A stretch of DNA of 64,000 bases, taken from the NCBI GenBank assembly GCA_963788655.1, contig CAWBHS010000049.1, forward strand, positions 160,001-224,000, written 5' to 3'. The DNA is from an uncultured Verrucomicrobiae bacterium (lineage in GTDB: Bacteria; Verrucomicrobiota; Verrucomicrobiia; Limisphaerales; JAFGQR01). Each line of letters opens with the position of its first letter. Position 1 is the stretch's first letter. This document shows, piece by piece, positions 1-10,324 of this stretch. A program made the translations under genes and the position numbers. The notes below the pieces were generated by a model, which made no database searches, was not told where the DNA came from, and was given only the letters and a program-made list of their open reading frames with translations.

Positions 1-974
<974 letters not shown>

Positions 975-1202
975 CGCCGGATTGGCAGAAGATGGAAATC
1001 CGAAGGCCGAAATCCGAAAGGTTCCGGATCGAGAACGTTTTGCCGAAGTACGAGGCGAAACGAAGGCTGCGTTCGGGGCTTTGGCATTGGGTTACAACCT
1101 CCCCCATCCAAATGAATCAGTCTCGCCACTTGCGCGGGCAGCACTTAAGGATTTAACTTGAACTCAACACGGTTCGTGTCAATATAACGCCCGTCTCTTA
1201 CC

Positions 1203-3206
1203 ATGCACCGCCACCATCGCACTGTATTTGCGTGCCCGCGATTTGCTGCTGGAATTTCGGTATTGAAGGGTCAGCGGCTGCTTGCGGGCGTGGCGTTGTG
1301 CTTGGGGTTGCTCGCCCTGGACAGTTCCGCCCAGATTGATGATTCGGCTAAAGTTGCTTTGCCACCAGGCACCCCGCGACTGGAGGATTTGATCAAGACA
1401 CCGATTGTCACCACCCCCTCGAAATTCGAGCAAAAGACCACCGAAGCTCCCTCCTCCGTCACCGTCGTTACGGCGGACGACATCAGGAAATACGGCTACC
1501 GCACACTCGCGGATTTATTGCGGGCAGTGCCCGGTTTGTATGTGAGTTATGACCATAATTATTCCTACCTCGGCTTTCGGGGTTTCAACCGGGGCGACAT
1601 CAACAATCCGAACAACCGCGTGCTGCTGCTGGTTGATGGTCACCGCATCAACAATGATCTGACCGACGGCGCTTACCTGGGCACGGCGTTCATTTTGAAC
1701 GTGGACCTTATCGAGCGGGTCGAGATCATCGAGGGGCCGGGCTCGGTGCTTTACGGCAACAACGCGTTTTTTGGCGTGATCAATGTGGTCACCAAGAATG
1801 GGCGGCAGTACCAGTACGGCGAAGCTTCCGGCGAAGCGGCGAGCTACGACACCTACAAAGGCCGCGTGACCGTGGGCCACTGGTGGACCAATGGTTGGGA
1901 ACTCCTGCTTTCCGGAACACTGTACGACAGCGAGGGGCCCAATCTGGGAGTGCCGCGCCTGGACGACGACAGTTATGGCAGCTTCTTTGGCAAAGTGCGC
2001 TACCGCGACTTGACCCTCGAAGGGGCCTTCATCCGGCGCGACAAGGGCAATCCCACCTCGCTTTTTCTGGCGCCGCCCGGTGATCCGCGACTGCGCACGG
2101 TGGACGACCGTGGTTTTGTGAACCTGAAATACAACCACGATTTTACCGACGTGATGGAAGTTACCGCCCAGATCTATTACGACCGCAATGATTTTACGCT
2201 CGACGTGCCCAATGGCCCGGGATTCACCTCCCAATGGTTGCGCGAAGGCGAATGGTGGGGCGCCGAATTGCAATTGACCAAGCGGTTGTTTGAACGGCAC
2301 ACCTTCACCTTGGGCGCCGAATATCGCGATGATTTTCGACAAAACTGGGAAATCCCAAACGTCACCAACTGGTTTGGCAAAACCAGCAATCACGGCGTTT
2401 ATCTGCAAGGAGATTTTGGCGTCCTCACCAATCTCCATCTCAGCGCCGGGATTCGCTATGATCAGTATGGAGATTTGGAACCCACCTGGAACCCGCGTCT
2501 GGCCCTGATCTGGAATCCCTACCGGCGCGCGACCATCAAAGCGATCTACGGCACCGCCTTTCGCGCGCCGAGTTTTGTGGAGCCGATCATTGCGTATTCC
2601 GGATCGGAACTGATGCCGGAAACCATCAAGACCTACGAACTGATTTATGAGCAGGGCCTCGGACGCCATGTGCGCGCCTCGGTCACGGGCTTTTACAACC
2701 GGATTGATGGGCTCATCGTCTTTTCCGAAACCGCGCGCAACGAAAACCAGGATGTCGAGGCGCTGGGCGTCGAGACGGCGCTTGAGGGGGTTTGGGCCAA
2801 CGGCTTGCGCGGGCGGATCAGCTATACCTATGCGCAGGCGCGGGACCGGGATACCCACCGCATCCTGCCGGACTCCCCACAGCACCTGGCCAAGGCGAAC
2901 CTGATTGTGCCGCTTTACCAGGACAAGGTGTTTGCCGGACTTGAGTATCAATACACCAGCACCCGCTCAACCTTGAAGCTTTTGAATGGCGGACCATACA
3001 CGGTGCCGGGCGAAGACGCTCCGGACTACGGGGTGTTCAACGTTACGTTGTTCAGTCAGAACCTGCTGAAAGGGCTGGAGGTTTCCGCCAGCGTTTACAA
3101 CCTGCTGGACAAACGGTATGCCGATCCGGCAACCGCGCACCATGAGCAGGATCTCATTTATCAGAATGGCCGGACTTTTCAGGTGAAACTGCTTTATCGC
3201 TTTTAA
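1203..3206 (+). CDS. TonB-dependent receptor (plug + barrel)
   Basis: Plug motifs APSSVTVVTADDI, LLVDG, IERVEIIEGPGSVLYGNNAFFGVINVVTK; VYNLLDKRY; terminal Phe; hydrophobic signal. Start uncertain. Confidence 0.95.
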   Translation: MHRHHRTVFACPRFAAGISVLKGQRLLAGVALCLGLLALDSSAQIDDSAKVALPPGTPRLEDLIKTPIVTTPSKFEQKTTEAPSSVTVVTADDIRKYGYRTLADLLRAVPGLYVSYDHNYSYLGFRGFNRGDINNPNNRVLLLVDGHRINNDLTDGAYLGTAFILNVDLIERVEIIEGPGSVLYGNNAFFGVINVVTKNGRQYQYGEASGEAASYDTYKGRVTVGHWWTNGWELLLSGTLYDSEGPNLGVPRLDDDSYGSFFGKVRYRDLTLEGAFIRRDKGNPTSLFLAPPGDPRLRTVDDRGFVNLKYNHDFTDVMEVTAQIYYDRNDFTLDVPNGPGFTSQWLREGEWWGAELQLTKRLFERHTFTLGAEYRDDFRQNWEIPNVTNWFGKTSNHGVYLQGDFGVLTNLHLSAGIRYDQYGDLEPTWNPRLALIWNPYRRATIKAIYGTAFRAPSFVEPIIAYSGSELMPETIKTYELIYEQGLGRHVRASVTGFYNRIDGLIVFSETARNENQDVEALGVETALEGVWANGLRGRISYTYAQARDRDTHRILPDSPQHLAKANLIVPLYQDKVFAGLEYQYTSTRSTLKLLNGGPYTVPGEDAPDYGVFNVTLFSQNLLKGLEVSASVYNLLDKRYADPATAHHEQDLIYQNGRTFQVKLLYRF

Positions 3207-3272
3207 CCATTGCCGCATTTTCTCATGCAACAATCAGATGCCAAGTTGCGTAAAAACGGTTACCTTCAACCG

Positions 3273-5639
3273 ATGAAACCACCTCCATTTCCACTCTCGC
3301 TCCGCCGTGTTCGCCACGGGCGCTCCGGGAACCGACCGGGTTGGCTGTTGCTCGGGCTGGTCCTTCTTTGGCTGGGTTGCGCGGCCGGGGCCTGGGGCGA
3401 CGAGAATCCCTCCCCGGGCACCCCCGACATCCGCACACAGCCGCAAAGTGTCAATGCGACACCCGGCAGTCAGGTGACGTTCTCATTGGTTGCCAACAGC
3501 ACCTTTGCCATGACGTATCAATGGCGGTTCCTGGGCAAAGACATTCCCTACGCGACCCAATCCTCACTGACCCTGGCGAATGTGGATGCCAGCCTGGCCG
3601 GGGCCTATTCGGTGGAGGTTCGGAATTTCGCCGGTCCAACGGTGAGTGACAACGCGATCTTGCGGATCCACACCACCCGGCAATTGCTCAGTCTGCAGCC
3701 CATTGAAATTCCCGAATTCGGCCCGGCGGAGCCGCCCGCTTCACCGCTGGTCGTGACCAACCTGCCCGGTTTCGTGGATGAGGTTACAGTGAAGGTGTTT
3801 GGCTTCTCGCATGCGTCGCCCGACGATGCGGACATCCTGCTGGTGGGCCCGCGCGACACCGCGGTGTATTTGATGGCGGACGCCGGGGGTGACGATGGCG
3901 TTAGCAACGCTCTGCTGACGTTCCGCGATGCCGCTCCGGCTCCAGTGCCGGACGCCGGGCCGTTTGGTACAGGCTCGTATCAACCTGCCAATTATTTACC
4001 GAACGATGAGGGGCCAACCAACGGCACTGGCTGGCAAATGTCGGCCAACCTGGGCGTGTTCACCAACCTGGATGCGAATGGCCGGTGGAACTTGCGGGTC
4101 ACCGATGATACCCCGGAACACGGTGGGCGCATTAGTGGTGGCTGGGGCTTGGAGTTGACGCTGGCGCTCCCGGAAACCAACGTTTTCATGGTCAACCTGT
4201 GCGGTACCAATGTGACTCCGGCTTCGTCCTCATCGGCCAGCGGCTTCGGATTGGTGCGCCTCGGGGTGGATGGCTCAGTGAGCTATAGCATCGAGATCAA
4301 CGACCTGAGCAGTGAATTCATGGAAGCCGACATTCATGGGCCGGCGGGCAGCGGAACCAATGCTCCCAATCTATTTCGCGTGGACTATTATCCGCACACC
4401 GTTCAGTCCGGCACCTGTGCGGGCAGCCTCGCCGCTTACCTTGGCTCGCAATTGTGGCAATTGCGACAGGGTCTGCAATATCTCGACGTGCGTACCGCCA
4501 ACTTCCCCGCCGGCGAAATCCGCGGTCAAATCGTGCCCTTACCGTTGCCCAAAATTATCGATCCACCGCGGCCGCAATCCGTCCATTTGGGCCACGCGGC
4601 GACTTTCCAGGTTGCCGCCACCAGTCCCGCGCCATTGACCTATCAGTGGCGCTTCAATCGCCAGGCCATTCCCAACGGAACCAACGCCACTCTGACGCTC
4701 GCCAATGTGCTCCAAACCAACGACGGTTTCTACGACGTGGTCGTGAGCAACGCGGCAGGCTCCGCGGTGAGCGTCGTGGCCAAATTGACTGTGCAGCCCA
4801 TTGATTTGATGCCGATCGCCCTGGGTACGCAGGGAACGCAACTCCTGGATAATTATGGCCCGCTCGAGCAAGGCCACAACACTCCTTGCGGTTGGACGGG
4901 TACTTCCGCCCGCTGGCTGGGGCTGCTGCCCGAAACCGAGGGACACTTGATCGTGGACACTTTGGGCAGCAGCATCGACACGATCCTAACGGTTTATACC
5001 GGTGCCGACCAAAACCAGGTCCAATATGTGGATTGCGACGTGGGGGGCGCCGGCGGTGGGCAGAGTTATTGGGACACCGTGGCCACCGGGAATCCTACGA
5101 GCATTGTTCTCGAAGTCGATGGGCAGAATGGTCTCCAGGGCAGCCTGAACGTGAACTGGCGTTTTGGTTGGGATCCCACGATCCTTGATCAACCGACCAA
5201 TTTGACCCTCCTTGCTGGCAGCCCGGCGCAGTTCAACGTCCAGGCCAGCGGCGTGCCGGAACCCCAATACCAATGGCATTTCAATGGCGAAATCATTCCG
5301 GGGGCCACCGAGACCAATTACACGATTGATGCGGCCCTGCCCGAACGGGCTGGCCGCTACGAGGTCATGGTCAGCAATTTCATGGGCACAGTGATGAGTT
5401 CTCCCGCGGAACTTGTGGTGTTGGAACCATCCGTCCTTACTGTCCCGGTATTCGCCGAGGGCGCTTGGCATTTGCACGTCACTGGCGCCCCCTTAGTGAA
5501 GGTGGTGCTGGAAGGGTCGCCGGACCTCAAGCATTGGACCCCGGTGGCCACGAATCAGGTGACCACCGGGGGAGTGGATTTTGTGGATCCGGTGACGGAT
5601 CAAGAACCGCACCGTTTTTATCGCGCGTGGACGTTCTGA
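3273..5639 (+). CDS. Secreted multidomain protein: Ig, proprotein-convertase P-like domain, CHRD, Ig, PPC-like domain, Ig, C-terminal FYR domain
   Basis: Signal peptide; YQW..G.YSVEV Ig motifs; DADILLVGP/GRWNLRVTD; ADIHGPA...YLDVRTANFPAGEIRGQI (CHRD); VDTLGSSIDTILTVYTG; ends RFYRAWTF. Start could be 3225 or 3210. Confidence 0.88.
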   Translation: MKPPPFPLSLRRVRHGRSGNRPGWLLLGLVLLWLGCAAGAWGDENPSPGTPDIRTQPQSVNATPGSQVTFSLVANSTFAMTYQWRFLGKDIPYATQSSLTLANVDASLAGAYSVEVRNFAGPTVSDNAILRIHTTRQLLSLQPIEIPEFGPAEPPASPLVVTNLPGFVDEVTVKVFGFSHASPDDADILLVGPRDTAVYLMADAGGDDGVSNALLTFRDAAPAPVPDAGPFGTGSYQPANYLPNDEGPTNGTGWQMSANLGVFTNLDANGRWNLRVTDDTPEHGGRISGGWGLELTLALPETNVFMVNLCGTNVTPASSSSASGFGLVRLGVDGSVSYSIEINDLSSEFMEADIHGPAGSGTNAPNLFRVDYYPHTVQSGTCAGSLAAYLGSQLWQLRQGLQYLDVRTANFPAGEIRGQIVPLPLPKIIDPPRPQSVHLGHAATFQVAATSPAPLTYQWRFNRQAIPNGTNATLTLANVLQTNDGFYDVVVSNAAGSAVSVVAKLTVQPIDLMPIALGTQGTQLLDNYGPLEQGHNTPCGWTGTSARWLGLLPETEGHLIVDTLGSSIDTILTVYTGADQNQVQYVDCDVGGAGGGQSYWDTVATGNPTSIVLEVDGQNGLQGSLNVNWRFGWDPTILDQPTNLTLLAGSPAQFNVQASGVPEPQYQWHFNGEIIPGATETNYTIDAALPERAGRYEVMVSNFMGTVMSSPAELVVLEPSVLTVPVFAEGAWHLHVTGAPLVKVVLEGSPDLKHWTPVATNQVTTGGVDFVDPVTDQEPHRFYRAWTF

Positions 5640-5656
5640 AGACGCTCTAACCGGCC

Positions 5657-6241
5657 ATGCGACTCAGGGGCATTTCCACAGCGAGTTGGCTGGTTCGTGT
5701 ACTGGCCCTGCTGCCCTTGTTCGCCCTCAGTCCAGGAGCCGGCGGCGCAGAAACGCCAACCTACACACCCTACCAGCACCGCGCCTGGTACATCTATCTG
5801 ATCTCCCAATACACCCAGTGGCCCGACTCCGCGTTTACGAATAGTCCTGCTCCCTTTGTGCTGGGAATTCTGGGGGAAGACCCGTTCCACAAAGACCTGA
5901 ATCTCATCATCGACAAACCGGTCAAGGGTCATCGGCTCAAGGTCCGTTATTTCAAACGGGGCGAGGTCATCGAGGGCTGTCACGCGCTCTACATAGCCGA
6001 CTCCGAAACCGACCAATTGGGGAAACTCCTGCCCCCGTTGGCGCACCGGCCGATTTTGACGTTTGGGGAAATGAAAGGCTTCTTGAAACACGACGGCATC
6101 GTGAAGCTTTGGGTGCGACCGGAAACCAGCGACCAAGGGTATCTTTACTTCCAAATCAACAATACGGCGGCGGAACAAGCCCGACTGCGCATCAGTTCGT
6201 ACGTGCTCAAACTGGCCAAGCCCGAGCCGCCCTCTCCATAA
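5657..6241 (+). CDS. YfiR family (DUF4154) periplasmic regulator
   Basis: Signal peptide; QWP..AF...PFVLGILGEDPF; CHALYI; PILTFGE; FQIN..AA..ARLRISSYVLKLA. Confidence 0.9.
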   Translation: MRLRGISTASWLVRVLALLPLFALSPGAGGAETPTYTPYQHRAWYIYLISQYTQWPDSAFTNSPAPFVLGILGEDPFHKDLNLIIDKPVKGHRLKVRYFKRGEVIEGCHALYIADSETDQLGKLLPPLAHRPILTFGEMKGFLKHDGIVKLWVRPETSDQGYLYFQINNTAAEQARLRISSYVLKLAKPEPPSP

Positions 6242-6247
6242 CCCGCC

Positions 6248-8539
6248 ATGAAAGCCCTGCAAAATCTTACGCTCCAAGCGAAGCTGACCGCGGTTTTGAT
6301 GCTGACCAGCTCCATCGCGCTGGTCGGCGCCTGTACGGCGTTCGTCGTCTATGAATGGTTTGCTTCCCGGAACCAGGTACAGGTGGAAATTGGCACCCTC
6401 GCCGAAATCGGAGCGCGGGAATGCACCGCGCCGGTCAATTTCGATCGGGAAGAAGAAGTAACCCCCATCCTGGCCAATCTGAGCATTGACCCGCAAATTG
6501 TGGCCGCTTGCATTTACCGGCAGGGCCAGGTCTATGCGAAGTACCCGGGCACCGCCAGCGATTCCCTGTTCCCGGCGCGGCCCCCAACGACGAACCAAGG
6601 CAGCTTTGGCCCCAACACGTTTTCGGTAACGCGCCAGCTTCTTTGGCCGGACGGGAAGCCCCTCATCGGCATTGACGGCAAGCCCCAATTCATTTACGTC
6701 CGGGCCACCCTGGACAAGATGTATGCCCGGCTGTGGCGTTACGTCGGCATCGCCGTCGCCGTTGCTCTCTTTGCGGCTATCGTTGCTTACTTGATCGGCG
6801 CGCGTTTGCGAGGATTGATTTCTCATCCGATCCTGGCCCTGGCGAACACCGCACGCCGGGTTTCGGAACACAAGGATTACTCCGCCCGCGCCGCCGCGGT
6901 GCCCAGCCGCGATGAAGTGAGTGTATTGGTCAACTCCTTCAATGACATGCTGGTCCAGATCCAAAAACGCGACCACGAACTCCGGGAAGCGCGCAACGCC
7001 GCCGAGCGGGCCAACCAGGCCAAAAGCGCCTTTCTCTCCTTCATGAGCCACGAACTCCGCACCCCGCTCACCGCCATTAACGGCTTCAGCGAAATGCTCA
7101 TCATGGATCTGGAAGCCGAAGGCCGCGCGGAATGGCGGGAAGACGTGCGCCGCATCCACGAGTCGGGCAAATACCTGCTCGAACTGATTAACGATATTCT
7201 GGATCTCTCCAAAATCGAAGCCGGCAAAATGGAAGTCCACGTCGAAACCTTCGATGTGTGCCGTCTCATTCGCGAACTGACCGACGTGTTGCGCCCCCTG
7301 ATCGAAGGCAAACGCAATCGGTTGGTTGTGAACTGTCCGCCCACCATTGGCGCCATGCACGCCGATATGATCAAGGTGCGCCAATGCCTGCTGAACCTGC
7401 TGAGCAACGCCAATAAATTCACCGAACAGGGCACGCTCACGCTCACCACGGAACGGATCACCCGGGACGCGACGGACTGGTTGATCTTCCGCGTCCAGGA
7501 CACCGGCATCGGCATGAAGCCGGAGCACCTGCAAAAATTGTTCCGCATGTTCACCCAGGCCGGCGACCGCACCTCGCGCCGATACGGCGGCACCGGACTG
7601 GGCCTGGCGCTCACCAAGCAATTCTGCAAAATGATGCACGGCGATGTGAGCGCCCAAAGCCAGCCAGGCCAGGGTTCCACATTTACCATTGAACTGCCGG
7701 CCAGCACGCCGGATCAAAGCGGCGCAGGATCCGGATCGGCGGCGCCCGCTACGCCGTTGGCGCCGCCCACTCGGCCGCCCGGCGACTGTTTGCTTTCGAT
7801 TGACGATGATCCAGCGGTCCACGAGTTCCTCCGCGAAGCCCTGCAAAATGAGGGTTACCATCTGGCCTTTGCCCGGAGCGGCCCGGAAGGTCTGCGGCTG
7901 GCGAAGGAATTGCAGCCGGCCATTATCACGCTGGACGTGATCATGCCCGAAATGGACGGTTGGGTCGTGCTGGCCCTGCTCAAAGAGGACCGCGAGCTGG
8001 CGCACATCCCCGTGATCATGCTGACCGTCAAGGAACAGCAGGATTTTGCCTTTGCCATGGGCGTGGCCGATTACCTGCACAAGCCCATCGATCGCGACCG
8101 CCTCCTGGCGACACTCGAACAACATCGCCGACCCGCCCACCCGGCCCCGGTTTTGATTGTCGAGGACGACCCGCACATGCGCGAAATGCTCCGGCGCATG
8201 CTGGAACGGGATGACTGGCAGGTGGCCGAAGCGGAAAACGGTCTGGTCGCGCTCGAGCAAATCAAACGCACCCCACCGGCGATGATCGTGCTCGATTTGA
8301 TGATGCCCGTGATGGACGGTTTCCAAATGGTGGCCGAACTGCAAAAGCACGAAGACTGGCGTCACATCCCGATTGTGGTGGTCAGCGCGAAGGAACTGTC
8401 CGCGGACGACCGTCGCCGCTTACAGGGCCACGTCCGGACCATTCTCCAAAAAGGCTCCTTTGGCCGCGAAGAACTAATGCGCGAGGTCAAACAAACCGTC
8501 CGCCTTTTCCTGGCCAGCCAAGAACGAAGTAAACACTAA
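6248..8539 (+). CDS. Hybrid sensor histidine kinase (TM, CHASE8-like, TM, HAMP, HisKA, HATPase, two REC)
   Basis: MSHELRTPL; NLLSNANKFT; DTGIGM; GGTGLGL; receiver motifs LDVIMPEMDG and LDLMMPVMDG. Confidence 0.95.
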   Translation: MKALQNLTLQAKLTAVLMLTSSIALVGACTAFVVYEWFASRNQVQVEIGTLAEIGARECTAPVNFDREEEVTPILANLSIDPQIVAACIYRQGQVYAKYPGTASDSLFPARPPTTNQGSFGPNTFSVTRQLLWPDGKPLIGIDGKPQFIYVRATLDKMYARLWRYVGIAVAVALFAAIVAYLIGARLRGLISHPILALANTARRVSEHKDYSARAAAVPSRDEVSVLVNSFNDMLVQIQKRDHELREARNAAERANQAKSAFLSFMSHELRTPLTAINGFSEMLIMDLEAEGRAEWREDVRRIHESGKYLLELINDILDLSKIEAGKMEVHVETFDVCRLIRELTDVLRPLIEGKRNRLVVNCPPTIGAMHADMIKVRQCLLNLLSNANKFTEQGTLTLTTERITRDATDWLIFRVQDTGIGMKPEHLQKLFRMFTQAGDRTSRRYGGTGLGLALTKQFCKMMHGDVSAQSQPGQGSTFTIELPASTPDQSGAGSGSAAPATPLAPPTRPPGDCLLSIDDDPAVHEFLREALQNEGYHLAFARSGPEGLRLAKELQPAIITLDVIMPEMDGWVVLALLKEDRELAHIPVIMLTVKEQQDFAFAMGVADYLHKPIDRDRLLATLEQHRRPAHPAPVLIVEDDPHMREMLRRMLERDDWQVAEAENGLVALEQIKRTPPAMIVLDLMMPVMDGFQMVAELQKHEDWRHIPIVVVSAKELSADDRRRLQGHVRTILQKGSFGREELMREVKQTVRLFLASQERSKH

Positions 8540-8556
8540 GCCACCCAAATCCTGCC

Positions 8557-8585
8557 GGTAGGGCGAGACTCCGTCGAGCCCTACC
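8557..8585. repeat. GTAG-type REP-like palindrome between convergent genes
   Basis: GGTAGGGC-GAGACTCCGTCGA-GCCCTACC. Confidence 0.6.
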
Positions 8586-8650
8586 ATGAGTTTGGTTGCG
8601 GCACTGGCGGCTGGGCGATTCGTGGTTGCCGGAAGACTTCGCTCAATCCG

Positions 8651-9541
8651 TCAGGCCTTGATCTCGGCTTGGATTTCGTTGACCAGCTTCTCCAGCCGTC
8701 GCCCATACTCCACGTAGCTGTTGTATTGGGCTGCTTCGGAGGAAGTCACCGCGGCATCGTGGAACACGACCGCCAGGTGGGGTTCAATGGAAATGCCGGC
8801 ATCGTAACCGCGCGCAAAGGCGTCCTTGAGAATGTCGCGCACGCGGCCGGCGCCTTCACCGGGCCAGTTGTAATCGGCATCGTTCTTGGCGGGATTCCAC
8901 GTGGCGTCCTTAATGTGAATGTGCGCGGTCGCATCCCGCACCTTCGTCCAAAACTCCCACGGATCCTGCTTCGGCCAGGGCTTGGGCTTCGACCGGTCGG
9001 CGTTGAAGATGGGATTGGCGGTATCAAACACCCATTTCAAGCCCGGCACTTGTTCCAGCAATTGCAGCGCGTGCTGCCAGCTCATGCCACCGTGGTTCAT
9101 GCAATTTTCATGCACCGGCTGAATGCCCGCATCCAGGAACATCTTCGTGACCTCCCGGACGCGCTCGAACACCACCGGCGGAATGGTGTCGGCATCATCG
9201 GCGGGCTTGAAGCTCATGATGCGCACGAACCGGGTATCGAGCCGTTGCATGCGCGGAATGGCGCGCTTGACTTCGTCCAACGTTACGGCAAACGGCGTCT
9301 CGACCGTCTTGGCCCAGTTCATGATGGCCGAGCCAAAGCAACAGATACCCACGCCGGCTTGTTGGAGTTGGTCCACGACCACGTCAAAACCTGCGTCCGG
9401 GAGGTCGTGGAAATTGGCTTTCCCGTGCCCGGCCACTTCGACCATGCGGCCTTCGATGGACTTCCAGCCCAATTCCTGGGTGGCTTTGATTTGCGTGTCA
9501 ATGCGCGCGCCGGCTTCGTCGGCAATTCCTGTGAGATACAT
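8651..9541 (-). CDS. Sugar phosphate isomerase/epimerase (xylose isomerase-like TIM barrel)
   Basis: TGIADEA; VHEN; VFDTAN; HIHIKD; ISIEPH metal-binding pattern. Confidence 0.88.
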   Translation of the reverse strand: MYLTGIADEAGARIDTQIKATQELGWKSIEGRMVEVAGHGKANFHDLPDAGFDVVVDQLQQAGVGICCFGSAIMNWAKTVETPFAVTLDEVKRAIPRMQRLDTRFVRIMSFKPADDADTIPPVVFERVREVTKMFLDAGIQPVHENCMNHGGMSWQHALQLLEQVPGLKWVFDTANPIFNADRSKPKPWPKQDPWEFWTKVRDATAHIHIKDATWNPAKNDADYNWPGEGAGRVRDILKDAFARGYDAGISIEPHLAVVFHDAAVTSSEAAQYNSYVEYGRRLEKLVNEIQAEIKA

Positions 9542-9565
9542 AGGTAGGTTGAAGTGATAAATGGT

Positions 9566-9787
9566 TCAAGGTGAATGATTTGGTTCCGGTCGCCAGTCGG
9601 ATATTGGTGTAAATGTCCTTGAGCGGCACCCGGCAATTGATGGATTTGCCGGCAATCCGCTATGCCGCCGCGTGCCGCCCGCCATGGCAAACAGTTCGCC
9701 GTTCAAGAACTCACTCTTGAACTCCGCCTTATGTTCCAAGGAGAGGTGCTCTTGGCTGGTCAGGCGAGGTTTTGCAACGGTTTGCAT
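9566..9787 (-). pseudogene. Uma2-family endonuclease remnant with internal deletion
   Basis: N-terminal KSEFLNGELFAMAGGTRRHS; an alternative frame gives RIAGK joined directly to the C-terminal-like SINCRVPLKDIY. Confidence 0.75.
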
Positions 9788-9792
9788 GCAGC

Positions 9793-10050
9793 TTAGTATT
9801 GCACCCTTTGGAGGTTGACAATTCGAACCTCCGAGACAAAAGCATCCAGCCAGAAGGTGATCAAATACGGTCGCCGCGCGATGACATTAAGATTTCTTCC
9901 AGTTGCGTCCTTAGTGTGATAATCCACCTGCTGATTTGGATCCTTTCGGAGGGCTTCACAGATAGTAAGTAAGTGGCGTCGCTCAGCCGCTTTCCCGTTC
10001 AAAAGAACTTGAAAGGCATCTTCATCGAACACCAGCTTCCACGGTCCCAT
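9793..10050 (-). CDS. Putative RelE/ParE-like toxin
   Basis: ~85 aa; WKLVFDEDA...LRKDP...YLITFWLD...EVRIVNL layout; TGATG overlap with upstream small gene. Confidence 0.55.
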   Translation of the reverse strand: MGPWKLVFDEDAFQVLLNGKAAERRHLLTICEALRKDPNQQVDYHTKDATGRNLNVIARRPYLITFWLDAFVSEVRIVNLQRVQY

Positions 10051-10262
10051 CACAGTCCTTCCGCTTCCAGTGTTTGATGGATGCGGTGTGCTTGCTCGAC
10101 CGTGACTTTCTTGCCCGCATCCATCCGCTGCATGCGGGCAGCCAATAATGCTTGGTAAGCGGGATCATCTTGCTGAGCCAAGTGTTTCAAGTAGGCAGTG
10201 GCAACAAACCGTTCGTCGTCCGTCATGCGGTCGATGCTGGCTTTGATTTCCGCGGTCGTCAT
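10050..10262 (-). CDS. Putative antitoxin (addiction-module-like)
   Basis: 70 aa helical; MTTAEIKASIDRMTDDER...RMDAGKKVTVEQ; coupled to downstream gene. Confidence 0.55.
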   Translation of the reverse strand: MTTAEIKASIDRMTDDERFVATAYLKHLAQQDDPAYQALLAARMQRMDAGKKVTVEQAHRIHQTLEAEGL

Positions 10263-10268
10263 AGACAA

Positions 10269-10296
10269 ATCTTAGCAATTGGGTAATTTTTTTCAA
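10269..10296 (-). promoter_or_regulatory. Promoter for the TA pair, probably leaderless transcript
   Basis: TTGAAA, 16 nt, extended -10 TGcTAAGAT; ATG follows 6 nt later with no SD. Confidence 0.55.
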
Positions 10297-10324
10297 GACA
10301 CCGGCTGGCCGCAAATCCAACGGC

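Noticed and set aside
5618..8365. 915-aa minus-strand ORF (also 1515-2951, 18062-19699, 25861-27054, 40670-43009 and others over the giants)
   Set aside because: Antisense shadows of recognisable genes; expected from high-GC codon bias; no motifs.
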